The notes under the pieces are model-generated. The model ran no database searches, was not told the DNA's origin, and saw only the letters and a list, made by a program, of their open reading frames with translations. This document shows positions 42,211 to 56,939 of a stretch of DNA of 64,000 bases, piece by piece. The stretch is from Chrysomallon squamiferum. Taxonomy: Eukaryota; Animalia; Mollusca. Each line of letters opens with the position of its first letter. The first letter of the stretch is position 1. The position numbers and the translations under genes are program-made. Location of the stretch: NCBI GenBank assembly GCA_012295275.1, contig CM022669.1:16244001-16308000 (forward strand). The letters are read 5' to 3'.

Positions 42211-45200
42211 AAGCCTAGTAAATAATTTATCTTGAACTCCCTTCAAAAAAACAACAACCGCACACACGTCCAAATCAAGTGCGGCAAACAAAACAACGAC
42301 AACAACAAAAACAAAACCACTGGATTCCTTCAGCTACAAAACACTGCGGCGACATCGACCTCTCTGCAGTGTAATTATTTTTAATAAGTTAGTAGTTTTG
42401 TTAACGGTTCGATTTCCTGCTAATCCGCCGATGAATTCGCCGGGCCGCGATGGACGTGTTTCCCACCAGTCCGACAATTGCAAACAATGGCAGCAGGTTT
42501 TTCCCCCCATTGAAAAAAAAAAAAAAGATCGAACAGCTCTCCTCCGTTAATAAACCTCTCTATTTCCTTTAATACAATTACCGCAGCTGTAATTCTGTAC
42601 CGGGGTATTTTTATTGGACTTTTTCCCCCATTGTGTCTAATTAAGATCAAGGGAATGAATTAACGTGAGACTCAAGGTGATTTGCTCTAATGAGATTTGT
42701 CTCTGATCTTCTCTACAAATACGCTAGTAGAGAATAATAAATGTACGTCGACCTGAGGTTTGTTCGTGTAGCTATAAAGTATAGTACTTCCTGATAATGA
42801 CATCTGAGCAAAAAAAAATGGAGAAGTAAATAGGTGAATTACCTACATTAAAACGTACTGACAAATTTGGCATTTTATGCCGAAGAGAGCATATCTTTTA
42901 TATTTCTAATTTTATCTGTCTGTGTGTCTATCCATCTATCTCTCTATATATCAGTCAGTTTATCTCTCTCTCTCTCTCTGTATAATATATATACATATAT
43001 GTATGAGTACTGTCTTTGGAATAACTGGAATAATACTGTGTATTTATATTATATACATATTGATTCAAACACAAGCATATAATTAGCTCAGACATTTACA
43101 AGATGCGTCGAGTTATTCCAACGACAGTATTCATAAACAAATTCGATAAAGAATGCGTTTAGCCAAGGAGATCTTGTAGCTTTGTTACGGCACGTAACAC
43201 CGATTACAACATGTACCAAAATATATGTAAATGGGAAAATATTACAACATTAATCTACAAAATAGCTGAGTAACATGCAACTGCATTTGACAGACATGAC
43301 TGTTTGTATCATGGAAATATATGTTCAAGAAAAAAATAAAAAAATGTATACTAAGTGTAACGAAATTTTAATTAGCTATGCTATAAGCTTTAGTCAGGTA
43401 ACTATTCTGCAAACGAATATAATAATGACTACGCGGTAGAACAGTCTGTAAAGAGATAGGTGTTTTATGTATTTATAATAATATGACTTAATACTTCAAA
43501 TGAACTTTCTATATAAACTGTGCTGAGAAATAGCAATACAGAATCCAAAATATATGTCTGTAAAATCTTTGAATCGTTTCTAAATATCTTTACCAAATTA
43601 AGTACTAGAGTAAGTAAGTAAGTAAAAGTAAGTAAATAAGTATGTAAGTAAATAAATAAATAAACAAATAAATAAATAAATAAATAAGAAAATGAGAAAA
43701 TAAGTTAGTAAGTAAGAAAAAGGTAAGTAAATAAGTAATAAAGTTAATAAGTAAATATGTAAATAAAAACGCAAAAGAAACATTGCTGCTAAAGTAAGAT
43801 CAAGAATAACGATCCGCACGGGTGACAGCTTGTTTCTGCTATGTATTAGCATATTAGTGCCTGTTCTGACAAAATTTAATATGGAAAGAAAACGAATGTT
43901 TTCCAGCTGAAGGCTCTGAAATTGTTAAGCGCTGATGACAGATTAATCTTGATTTCTTCCGAGGACTCTCGAGCAATCAATGAAAATATCGGCCTTCAGT
44001 CACTTGTAATTGGTTAAGTGGAGAGTGCAGAAATCTAAGAAATGAGAACAGAATATGACAAATAAATGAAGAAAAAAAAAGTCACGTAAAGATCAAGTGT
44101 TAACTGCAGTTTGTTAACCAGGCTGTTAGGTTTTTGGATTCTGTTATTTCTTTTTCTGACGATGTTAGCTGATTTCACCTTTGTTTCATGTCACAATATG
44201 CGCTTCGTTTTCTCACTTATTTTGCATTCAAAAGATTCTAATGAAAAAAAATATATAATTAGGACTCCATCAACATATCCATTGTCATTTCAACAACTAC
44301 TACCACTACACTGACTTCTACAGCTGATATTACAATCAATACCATTGCTGATGCTCCTACTACAGCTATTATTTATTACTACTGTTATTACTGCTGTTAC
44401 GACGATTTTACTGCTGCAGCGTTACTATTACTGCAACGATTACTACCAACTACAACTATAACGATTATTAACACACTATTAGTGCCACAATTCTCTCACA
44501 ACAACTATTATAACAATGTATGCACTTTGTCATTTGGTTCCTACTTATATTCACACATCATGCGTTTTTTTTTTTTTTTGCAGTATTCTTTTCTTTTTTT
44601 TTTTTTTTTTTTTGCTGTTATTTAGCAGACTGCATCTAGAATTTTATACGTGGATGTCTCGTAAATATGGACCACTAATACTACCAGCAGCAAGTAAATC
44701 GTTGCAAAGGCACATTCAGCAAAACGTAAAAATGATACATAGCCCAAAACACAGCAGTCACGCCGAACGTAAAACACAGTTATGGCATCATGCATTAATA
44801 TGTTCTCTTATCAACCCGAAACAGTGTTATTAACTTTTTACTTTTTTATTTTTTTATTAGCGAACTTCTGCTGACAAAAGACTTTTGCGACCCCTGCTCA
44901 CGAAGCAAGAATGACGGACAAAAGATTATGAGAGATTCAGTGACTTTAAGGAAAAGAAATAGAGCTTACGAATGACTGCCCAAGACTGTATTTGATCAAT
45001 AGCGTGTTGGAATTAACAGACCCTCAGAAAGGTCAAACGTCACGCAACGTTCTGAACGTAAAGAAATAAGTTTTTTTTTTTTTTTATCATTCGCTGGGTC
45101 GTTTCTAATAAAGTGGTTTGCGTAATTCAGACTCGTGTATTTTATTTGTGCCGGATTTCTGGTGAACGGAATTTTACAAGGAGATAAATTACGTTGAGTC

Positions 45201-45967
45201 TAATTCGAAACCAAATAGGAACGTCTGTGCTATGATTTTTTGTTTGTGTCTGTGTGTGTGTGTGTGTCTTACTAGATACAAAATTAAAATATTTTTTTTT
45301 ACATTATTTTTTTAATTTATTTGCTTGCTTGTTTATTTGTTTGGTTGTACATGTATTTATTTAGTTATCTATCTATCTGTCTATCTATCTATCTATCTAT
45401 CTATCTCTATCTACCCATCTGTCTATCTGTCTATCTATCTATCTATCTATCTGTTTATTTATTTATTACATTTTTTTTCTATTACTAATTAATTATTTAA
45501 AATATATCCATGGTACATGGGTTGACATACTGCAAGTGTTCGTGTGCTTATAAATTATTTATACTTTTAAAAAAAATATATGCAATAAGAAGCAAATGGA
45601 ACCTTCAACATACCACTATCTCTATAAGCTAGAGCTTTGCTTTCGACCCAAGCAAAATATTTTATTTGCAAATTCTTTTAAACAGTATTTATCCAGTCAC
45701 AACTGAATATTCAGACATTCTGGTTCCCGATGTACATTCCAGAATTATGATCACCAAAAATTCCATGATATATTGATAAACAAAAAAAAAAAAGAAAAAA
45801 AAATGTTTTCATTACCAAACAATAACCTTTTTTTTTCATAATCAGTGGTGACAATGCTGCCAATATTCTTGATTGTATTAAACAATTTAATCAAATGAAA
45901 TACGTTGGTTGTTGGAAAGAATAAAAAAATCAATCAAATAAATGATAGGAATGCTGAGATTTTTAGA

Positions 45968-46001
<34 letters not shown>

Positions 46002-47281
46002 AATTCAAAAATTAACCTAGTCAAAAACATATTGAAAAATCCTACTAACATAAATATATATATATATATATTTATGAAAACGTAGAGTAATGCTGTTCAA
46101 TTTTCATTTTTTTATTTCTTTTTAAATTATTACTTTATACATTTTTGGGGTTTTTTTGAGGGTTTTTTTGGTTTTTTTTGGTTTTAATAAAAAATAACAA
46201 TTTCGTACATATCCTTTGGGAAATTCTTTTTTTTTTTCTTTTTTTTATTCGCCTCAATAACAAAATTAAATGATTTAGTGGTACTCACGTTACAGAAATT
46301 AATAATATTTTTTTTTTCCTTTCCTTTTTTCCGAGCCAGCAGTAAAATGATTATTACGATGATTACTAAAGGCAATGATGATGATGAAGGTTATGATGGT
46401 GATGATGATATTGAAGATTACGGTGATAACGTTGGTGATAGTTTTGGTAGTGGTGGTAATGATGATGATGATGATGATGATAATGATAATGATAATAATG
46501 ATGATGATGATGGAGAAAAGTGGACTAAGACAGGAAGGTCAAAGAATAATATGTCACAATATACATATATATATATATATCATAATAACTACAGTAATGA
46601 CACTAATTTCAAAGCTTATTTTTTGCAATAGAAGACCTAATCAATAAAGCAGTAATAATGAGTTAATGAAAATATTTTTATGATATCTCAATTGATTTTA
46701 ATAAAAGCCGTTATTAATGTCATCTATGTTTATTTTGTATATCGATGACATACGTAAGAAGAAAACTGCTAAGTAAAAGGTTATTTCTGTATATTATCAG
46801 CTAGATATTTCTAATAAACATCATCCCATTGACATGCATGAACTGGCAGTTTTTGATCACCGAGACATGCAACTGAGTTAATGCTCGGATTTTTTTGAAA
46901 GATAATTTATAAAACGGCAATAAAATAAGAAGAGTAAATGAAAATCTTCATATCTTAATTCGATAACCTTGCACAAGAAATTCTGTTATCAAGAATATAA
47001 AATGCTTTCATTTGTTGTTGTTGTTTTCTTTTGATATTTTTATTTATTTATTTACTTCTTTTTATTTTCTTGTTTTTTTTTTAATTTTTTTTTTTCTTTT
47101 TCTTTGTGTGTTGTTGTGGATTTTTATGTAATTTTTATAATGTTTCGTTTGTTTTTGTTTTCTTTCTGGGGTTATTTCCTTATTGTGTGTGTGTGTGTCT
47201 GTGTGTGTGTGTGTGTGTTTGTGTTTGTCTGTGTGTGTGTGTGTGTGTTTGTCTGTGTGTGTGTGTGATGTGTATATGTGT

Positions 47282-47314
<33 letters not shown>

Positions 47315-47904
47315 AGCCAGTAACAAGAGGTTTCAATTGCTGGCAGTCGAGAAGATTAAGCCAATAACTCTTCATCTGTTTCCATGTACGTTTTGTTCTT
47401 GTTTTCAACAGGAAAAAAAATCTCATGAATAAATAAATTATTATCGATTAACAGTGAACGATGTCGATAGATAATGCGTCAATACATTTCTGTTTCCAGG
47501 CTCGCTCCGTCCAGGTACCGTGTCACCTGACCTTGAATGAGACAAATTGCTGATTCTAAATTTGATTCCACACGCAGTAAATGTGTGAACACAAACAATT
47601 AGCCAGTCTCCCACTCACCCAAACCGACACGTGACACCAGCTGTTAGCATGGGGGTGAGAAGTACGAAAATAAATAAATGACAACAAAACAAAAATAGGG
47701 TTTTCGTGGTTATGATTGTAGGTATACATTATTATTTTTTGGCTTTTGGGGGTTATTTTAGAAGTATATATTTGTCAATTTAGGTAAATGTATGTGTTGT
47801 GGGTATATATATATATGGTTTAATCTAGATGACATAATACTGAATATATTTTAAGGTATAACAGTGTTTGTGTGATAGACTGAGAAAGAAAGAGTGAGTG
47901 AGTG

Positions 47905-48079
<175 letters not shown>

Positions 48080-48789
48080 CACGAACATAATTATCGTCAT
48101 AAGCTCTTGACATTAATTCTGATGACATCAGTAGAGCTTTCATCTTTACCGGCTTTCAAAGTCAACTCTTTGGGGCTTCGATTCCGAATCTGACCTCCGC
48201 CATATTTGTTTACTCGATAGCGTCATTTGTTTGAGTCTTGCGACAGAAAGGAAATGTGCAGCCTTGCTGATACTGTTGGTTAGGTCTCACATTGTTAGTA
48301 TTCTTAGAAAAGCATTCAACTGTAATTCAATAACCATATTATGCTTGACGGTCGATAAGGAATTATCATTAACAAACGACTAGTGACACTTAAAGATATA
48401 CCTGCAACTTGCAAAAACTCACACATAAGTGTTTGAGACAAGTCACTGATAATTTGGGGGACAATGAAACATATATTCTGGTGTGTCTGTATTTGCAATT
48501 AAATATCAGGGAAAGTAAAATGTTATTAGGCAAAGAATATATTTACTCCATATGCCAGAAAAAAAAAAGTGATTGATAGATCAAAGCAGCATTGTTGATT
48601 CTATGAAGTATTTCCCGTTCCAAACGTAGGAAATTACTGCACAAATTCACGAAGCATAAACGTCTCCACCATGAAACAAACAAATTAAAAACAATAAAGT
48701 AAATAAATAGAAAAACATGACGTAGTTAAAAAAAATGTTAAAATGTTAATATAACTGTAAAACGTTCTTTTATTGTTATTGTTATTAGT

Positions 48790-48803
48790 ATTATTATTAT
48801 TAC

Positions 48804-48901
<98 letters not shown>

Positions 48902-48920
48902 ATATTTATTTATTTATTAT
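48790..48920. repeat. Compound (ATT)n(ATTT)n microsatellite
   Basis: Triplet then tetranucleotide run. Confidence 0.9.
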
Positions 48921-49160
48921 TACTTTTTTTATGGTTTCTAATATCGGATTATCAGAGAAAGGAAATGAACGGACAACTTCATTAAACTAAAACTATTAGA
49001 TTATTCTGCTAAAAAGCTAAAATAGTGTGGGTATATTTAGCCTCTCATTAGTTACACACAGATCTGAGTTCATACTGCAAAGCATACGGTCTGAACAAAC
49101 GCTAGTAAACAGTGTTCGCCATCTGAAACTAGAGTATAGAATTGCACTGCACAGATATGA

Positions 49161-49522
49161 AGGACGTGTGTTGCAAATTAGCGGTTTTAATATGCTCGTT
49201 ATCATATTTGTATTCTCTTACACTGTTATAATAGACCATGTATATATATCACAATGCGCGCTAGCGTGAACTCTGCATTGTTTGCGTCTTCGTTCTTCAA
49301 AGGACTGCCGTTTACGTGGGATTATGGTTCAGTTCTAATATTTAATCAATATTGCATGTATTTATAATTATGTGTGCATGTGTGTGTGTGTCTGTGTCTG
49401 TGTCTGTGTCTGTGTCTGTGTGTGTGTGTTTCTATACACACACACACACGTAGGATATGTGTTGCAAATTAGCGGTTTTAATATACTCGTTATCATATTT
49501 GCATTCTGTTACACTATTATAA
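49161..49522 (+). repeat. ~71-bp direct repeat pair (49161-49231 and 49452-49522)
   Basis: Both copies contain tgtgttgcaaattagcggttttaatatRctcgttatcatatttgYattct.ttacact.ttataa. Confidence 0.9.
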
Positions 49523-52500
49523 AACAATATATATACACACACACATATATACACACATAAACGTGTAGGGATATATATCTACATATGCCGTATGTGTGCA
49601 TGCATGTATGTGTATGTGTATGCGTGTGTGATGAAAGATAGATAGATAGACAGATAGATAGATAGTGCTTCATCGTTATGCTCTGCTCAAAGGCATAGAA
49701 TTATTATATTTGTATTAATGATTTTTGTTGCAACACAACGCGACATGTTTAATTCTATGATCCGGCATCAAAGAGAATATTTATCTTTCAGCTTGCACTT
49801 ACTCAATTACTGAAACATGATACCGGAAAAAAAGTTACTTAGGCGATATACAAAATTTAACAATTCTAATTTTTTCTAAAGTTGATCTTTATTTAATATA
49901 AACAGTCTATACAGACAGTTTATAAAGTGCTCACAGAGCGTTGGAAATTATCTAACATTATCATTAAACAGTTTGAAGCCCGTATTAAGACTACTTAGAG
50001 ACGGGACAGTGGTTTTTACACGACGGTATGGACTCCGAGTTGTTTAGAAGGTCAAAGATCTGTTCTTCCTTGTAAAACGTTATAACCTATGGCTGGGTTG
50101 AAGTAAGAATGCTCTGCCTCATTCATAATGTATAGGAATTCTTAGCGCCGTCAGCTGCTGCCGTGGGAAGCGATCGATCCGACGACCTCACCCGCCTGGA
50201 GTGAATTCTCCGACATCCTGATTTCAACGACAATTGTAACTTGTTTAATCCTTCAAGGGATAAAATACCCATAGCAGTGCACTGGAGCATGGAACATGCA
50301 TTCAGCCAGCGAAACATTCAGAGCTGATAGTTTACGTACAAAGACTTTATACATAACCAAACCATTCAGGTCGGAAATAGTATCGAATAAGCAATATTCG
50401 TGCTTTAGCCCTTTGTCTTCTGCTGTTGTTGTCTTCAGAATGCTTAATTGTTTGAGAAAAATCCAATTCTAACTCGGCAAATAATCTATAGCTGCCAGCT
50501 ATGCTCGGCGTTCAGTGCACAATGGTTGTGCTAATAATTACAGTCATTAATTCATCGTGCATGTTAAATAGCAGCTTGCAAGAACTTTTAATACTATGGT
50601 TTAACTTAGTGTTGTCGCGTTTCTAAAACGTAATCTCTTTTCGTTAATAAAGCGATATTTAAAAAAAGAAAAGAAAGTAAAAAAAAAAAAAAGGAAAAGG
50701 ATTTACAGTTATATCAAAATTTGTGGATTATAATGTCTTGTGATATTTTTAAGAATATCATAAAGTGAATAACGCGAACTGTATATTTAACGTATTCAAA
50801 AAATAAACTGATGATATATTTCATGTTAACTTTTCTTTCGGTTCAGAGGGAAAAAAGGTTATGTAAGTTTTCCATTGCAGTATATACTAATAACCCATTC
50901 TCGACGTAATTTATCATCAGATATATCTTCTTATATCTAGGACGTGAACAGTCATTTTCTTAACCTCATGTGTCATTCGAATTCGAGAACTTTCCGGAAC
51001 ATTCCTAAAGAACAGGACATACCATGGAATTTGATAAACAAGTCGCTGGGTATTGGATGAAAAGAGATATAGGGAAGTGATAGTTGTATTTCGTCCTGTT
51101 TTAGACGTTCTTGCGTGATTTATTCAGAGGAAGGACGCTTGAATATTTCTAATTTATTAGTTCATATCATATATATATATATATATATATATATCGTGAC
51201 ATCTGTTCGGACAAGGATATCCCTTTCCATGGGTAGGCATGCTATTACGGATTATAGAGTTACCAGATCCTCAGTCCTCTGTTTGCTTAAATTAAATAAA
51301 CGAATGTTTATCGACATCTCGACACATTTTGATATTAAAGATTACCGTGTGCACGTTTCATCGTACAATAATGAAGTAAGAGAAAACTGCAGCCGCTGGT
51401 CCATGTGCTATTACCATCGATCCGCAACAACGGGTGTTTTTTGATGTGTTCATTCAACAGAGAGCGAAGTGTACTTCAGTGTTTTCGATAGTTCAGTCCT
51501 TGAGCAACGGTTGAAACGAGAAATAGCACAGCTTACGAGCTGACGTAGCTTGAACCAGCAAGCTACAACGTCTTAGATCTGCGTACTCCGATCTGCGAAC
51601 TGTATTCCGTCTCTTTACAGGTTTTTTTGGAATCAGTTATACGCCTGTGTATACACTCCCGTCAACAAACATTACTAAACAACCGATTTCATACTCGTAT
51701 TGATTGCTATAATTCTGTAGTTTCTTTCATCAGCGTAATGACCGTATGAAGGTAAAACGAAGACAACAATTTAAATGGGGGGGAAAACGATCACATGAAT
51801 GAGATATTAAACGTTGATACTGAACATAATGTAATATATCATTAGTACGCCCACCGTTTTCAGAAAAATCGAGACAAATAAAAGTGATGACCTCAGAAAG
51901 TATGTATTTCTGTAATACGTGCGATATTATTAAGTATTACAGAGACACAATTATGTCTATATGTGTTAGATGATATTCTAGCTGTAAACAATGTCAGGCA
52001 CTATGACAACCAAATAAGCATTTGTAATAATCATGAATATGTCTAAGGTGCATCTCTACAAAATGAACATCTAAGAAGAATAAAGTAATGATCTAAATGA
52101 TCAAACGAAAAGAGAACAAACCTCTATATTAAGATACACACAGAAAAACGGCCGAACGGGCACTGATACCGATCTAATTGACACAATGGAGATACGAAAA
52201 GATTACAAACTGTACCAATTCTATTTTCATTAAATATGCAAAATCCTTTCTTTATTTCTTTACATTAATATATGTATGTTTACTGATGGGTGTTAGTATC
52301 TGTGTATCGGTGCGTATAAATTGTTTTTTTTTTTTTTTTTGCGTACCTGTGTTTTTATTTGTTTGCGTGTTTGTGAGCTTTGTCTGTATATACACAAGAT
52401 GATTTATTTTGTTTGTTTTGTCGTTTTTTTGTAGATAGTTTATGCTACTTTGTGAATATGTAGAAATATGCAGTTCGATGGCGGATTTAATGAAACCTGA

Positions 52501-53708
52501 TCACAATATTCAACAGTGACACCACACCCAAAAAAAATAATATATTGATGATAGATTTTATAGTAACGTTGAGTGAAGAAAATAAAAAAAGTATTACTAG
52601 CAGAAATTGAAAGTTAATAATTTTAACAATAATGTCTTTGTTTCTAAATTATATAAGACATTGAAAACAAAATTTATGCGTTGTGATAAACAGAAAACAA
52701 AAATATTATAAATGCATACATACAATAAAATTCGTTAGCGATATTTACAAGAAGTACTTAAATACAAGAAACCGTACACGATCTTTTTGACGCCGAAACG
52801 ATTTTTGTAATGATTTCCACTGCTTAAGCCCTGAAACGAGAAACACAACACGAAAACACGCACATGCTTTCTATTTTGTTCACATAAAATATTTCATCAA
52901 TAATTAGTTTACCTGACAATCTCAGCATGCGGTCTTCTCGGAGACAAAAAGCAATCAGCGAGCCAGGTGAATTATAATAATTAAATCAACAGTAGTCTTG
53001 GTATTCCAAAATGCAGTTATTCACAGTACACCTTTTTGCAGAACGCAAAAAACACACACAAGAAGAAAGAAAGGCTAAAAAAAAAAAAAACAGTCAACAA
53101 ATGATGTCCGAGCCGCACAAATTGATCTAAAACTAAGAGGCGAAATGAGCCTGTTTGTAGTAATAGCAGTAGTAGTAGTAGTAGTAGTATAAGAAGTAAA
53201 AGTCGCCGTTAGCGGTGACGTCAGTCGCAAAGCCCGGTTCGTCGTCACTCGTTGGTCTGCGCTTCGACAGACGAAGGCAGCGGTTGGGTTAGCTAGTTAC
53301 TAGGTGCGTGTAATAAATCAACGATGGTGTGCTGTGGCGGTGGCGGTGGTTTCAGCCAGTTTGTCGCACGCGAAACAGGCAAATGGGTTGTGTGTAAACG
53401 TGTCGCCGCGATTTCTCCAAAGGGGGAAAAAAAAAGAAAGAAAAAAAAAAGAGTAATGTGCGGAATTATGATAATGCGAGAAACTGATAGAGCCTCGAGG
53501 GGGAATGTGATTAATAATTGGTTGTTAGTGGTTGAAAGTGGTTTTATTTGTTTTGTCTTAACATACGTGGCACGAATGTAGGAAATATTGTGTTTTGTAG
53601 GTGTGAGTGAGTATGCGAACGTTCATTTACAACTCACAGGCAGGCTAAACGGAATGTAAGAGACCTGAAGCAGATATATATTTATGTTCATTCCATAGGG
53701 TGGGTGTG

Positions 53709-53714
<6 letters not shown>

Positions 53715-53786
<72 letters not shown>
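53715..53786. repeat. (CT)n microsatellite
   Basis: Perfect run. Confidence 0.95.
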
Positions 53787-53790
<4 letters not shown>

Positions 53791-54618
53791 TTGTGATAAC
53801 AGCGATAATATTGTTGATCCAGTTAATCCAGTTTACTTATGACTAATTTGGGGAATTTTTTTTTGTTTATTTGATAGAGTGTATGAGAATAAGAGTACAT
53901 GCAGGGAAAAAAACATCTTCTTGTAACTAATAAATTAAGTTCCTACATTAACTTTCTGTCCTTGTCAAAGCAGAGAACATACGCATTAATTACATTAATT
54001 AATTTGTCAGACTAACATTTAACATAAAAAATAAAATTAAAAAATTTAAAAAAAAATTCTGAGGTTTAAACAAAACAAATCATCATGATTTAATATTTTA
54101 TAAACGTAACATTAAATAGAAACAAGATGTTAAAAAGAATAATAATAAATTGTCTTTTCTGTGATCGCTCAACTTGGTCGAAATGGGGTTTAGAATTTAC
54201 GGGTAGGCTAAGACCTGTGACGCTGAGGTTAGGAAGGAGTGGGACATGCTTCATAACCTGAAAATGTAGTTGTTACTATGGACAGACAATAGAAAGAGTA
54301 TCTATATTCTCCAAGCCTGTCGTGACAATTCCTAATTTAAGAAAATTATGTGAGAATAAGTGCAAAAATTAGTTATAGGGTCGAACTGCAATAAATATTT
54401 ATTGATGTTGCTGTTGTTACTTCTACTCCCATTGATGGTGTTGTTATCGTTGTTGGTGGTGAGGGTTTTGTTGTTATCGTTTTTGTTGGCGAGGGTTCAG
54501 CTGTTGTTGTTGTTGACGTCGTCGCTGCTGTTCTAGATTGATCTTATTTCTGGTTCAATGTTCTCTTTCGCATTTTGACTTCTAGACGCAAACAAATAGG
54601 TAGGTTAATAACCCGATT

Positions 54619-54659
<41 letters not shown>

Positions 54660-54980
54660 CTATCTTACATCAGAAAAAAAAAATCACCAATTTACTTTCA
54701 TCTTTCTAATTTGCCTCGGGATATAATTCAAAGGAAAGCAAACTTGTCCGTCAGGGATAGAACAAGATTTACACTAGAGAAATCAAAAACATATACAACT
54801 AACACCTGGAAAGAAATAAGTATACATCACAATGTTAAAGTAAAAGTACGTTATGATTATGCTCAAGTTCGCTGATCTGTGAAATTACAATAACGTCTAA
54901 GTTCTAGGAATATTAGCTTTGTACTTATTATTTTAAGTAACTTATTATGTATATATACACAAAAACACACACAAACATAC

Positions 54981-55039
<59 letters not shown>

Positions 55040-55455
55040 CATACATACATACATACACACAGACAGACATCCATATACACATACTTAAATGCATATATAT
55101 ATATATGTTTGTATGTATATATGAGTATTATATATTACAAATATACGCAAATGCATATATGCACACTTGCGTGCACTGTGTTTTGAATAAATAAATAAAT
55201 AAATATAATTTTTTGAACAAACCTTACCTATTTTTATCTCCAGCGAATAGTTGCTGTGGCCTGTTAAACTGTCCCATTACAATGTTTGACTATGACGTCA
55301 CAAACAATGCGATGACGTTATGACAATACATTCAGAGAATGTTTAATATCGGCCATCGTTGAATTCGCTCTTTGCGATTTTTCTGGAGCATTTCTGATTT
55401 CATTCTCACATCGGTATCTAACTGGTGAGTTATTTAACACGGGTTAACAATCTGA

Positions 55456-55509
<54 letters not shown>
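55456..55509. repeat. (AAT)n microsatellite
   Basis: Perfect run. Confidence 0.95.
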
Positions 55510-56602
55510 TTCTGGAAGTTTTTTTTTAGTCATTTTCATAAGTGAGCATGGGCCTTAAAACGAAATTTCACAGCAACATTATTACATGTAACATTTAGAC
55601 ATACTTTTATCAGAGAACTGATCAGATTTGCTTGTCTTTGTCCCAGGCCTACAGTTCACTTTAGTCATGGTTAAAAACAAGTCTAAAATGTGTTTCATTT
55701 AGCTTTAAATTAGTGGAACCTGTCTACCAATATAAACAGTTTGCTCCACATTAATTTTGATAGGGAACCCAGAAGATTGGTAGAGTAAATGGCCTCGTCG
55801 ATCGACAAATTGTGCTATTAAATTTGATTGATAGAGCCTTTTAAATAGCTTTAACAAAACGCACGATGTGTAGCAGTATATTTGTGAGATCACTTAGTAA
55901 TATCTTAGTCATCGCTTAGTAATATTGTTTTATTTTATTTTATAATTAACTGTTTGTGTTCGGATATGTGTGTAGATATGTTTGTGTGTGTTTATATATA
56001 TATAGATAGATAGATAGACAGGTAGTTAGATAGATAGATAGATAGAAATATAGATATATGGACATTTCTATATACGATGCTGAATGACTGTAGATATAAA
56101 ATCGTTAACTACGTAACTATAAATCAAATATAAATGACATGTAGATGTATAAAATCGTTGTATATATATACTAAATCAAATATAAATATACATGTATGTA
56201 TATATGTATGTATATATATGTGTGTATGTATATGTATGTATGTATGTATGTATGTATCTATTTGTGTATCTACAGACACTACCACACAAACACATATTTA
56301 TTCCACCGTTATTTTATTCGTTGTGGTGTCTACGTAGAAAGTTTCTGTGTTCGTGTGATTTCTCAGCCCGCGGTGTCTTGCTAACGTTTGTCAGTGACAG
56401 AACTGCTTAATGATCCCGGATGTTTTGCGACAATATGAAACACTCCATTAAATCTCAGCTACAGTTTATAGCTTTGTCTGATCATTTACCTTGTCTGTTT
56501 TGTTAGCTTTTTTATTGTCGACAGTGACATAGCTTTCATGCAGATTCATCCGAGAAACAGATTGTCTCAGGATCGGACAACATTTTGGGAATTTTTTATA
56601 TG

Positions 56603-56613
56603 CTATCTATCTG

Positions 56614-56692
<79 letters not shown>

Positions 56693-56716
56693 CTATATCT
56701 ATCTATTTATCTATCT
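56603..56716. repeat. (CTAT)n microsatellite
   Basis: Near-perfect tetranucleotide run. Confidence 0.92.
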
Positions 56717-56884
56717 CAAAAACCTGATATTATAACATTGATAAAAAAAAGAAAGAAGATTGCATCGATATAATCAGGAACGGATAATATCATTATTAGT
56801 AGTATAATTATATTATTACTGCTGTTGTTGTAACTTTTATTATTATCATGATTTTCCTCATCATTGTCATCATCATCTTTATTT

Positions 56885-56939
<55 letters not shown>

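Noticed and set aside
46278-46631. 117-aa Asp-rich ORF resembling an acidic biomineralisation protein
   Set aside because: The Asp tract is a (GAT)n microsatellite like many others here. It has a GTG start, and the hydrophobic N-terminus comes from a T run.
53650-53670. Partial matches to conserved miRNA 5' ends (e.g. GGAATGTAA, miR-1-like)
   Set aside because: Only seed-length matches, with no full mature sequence or precursor hairpin.
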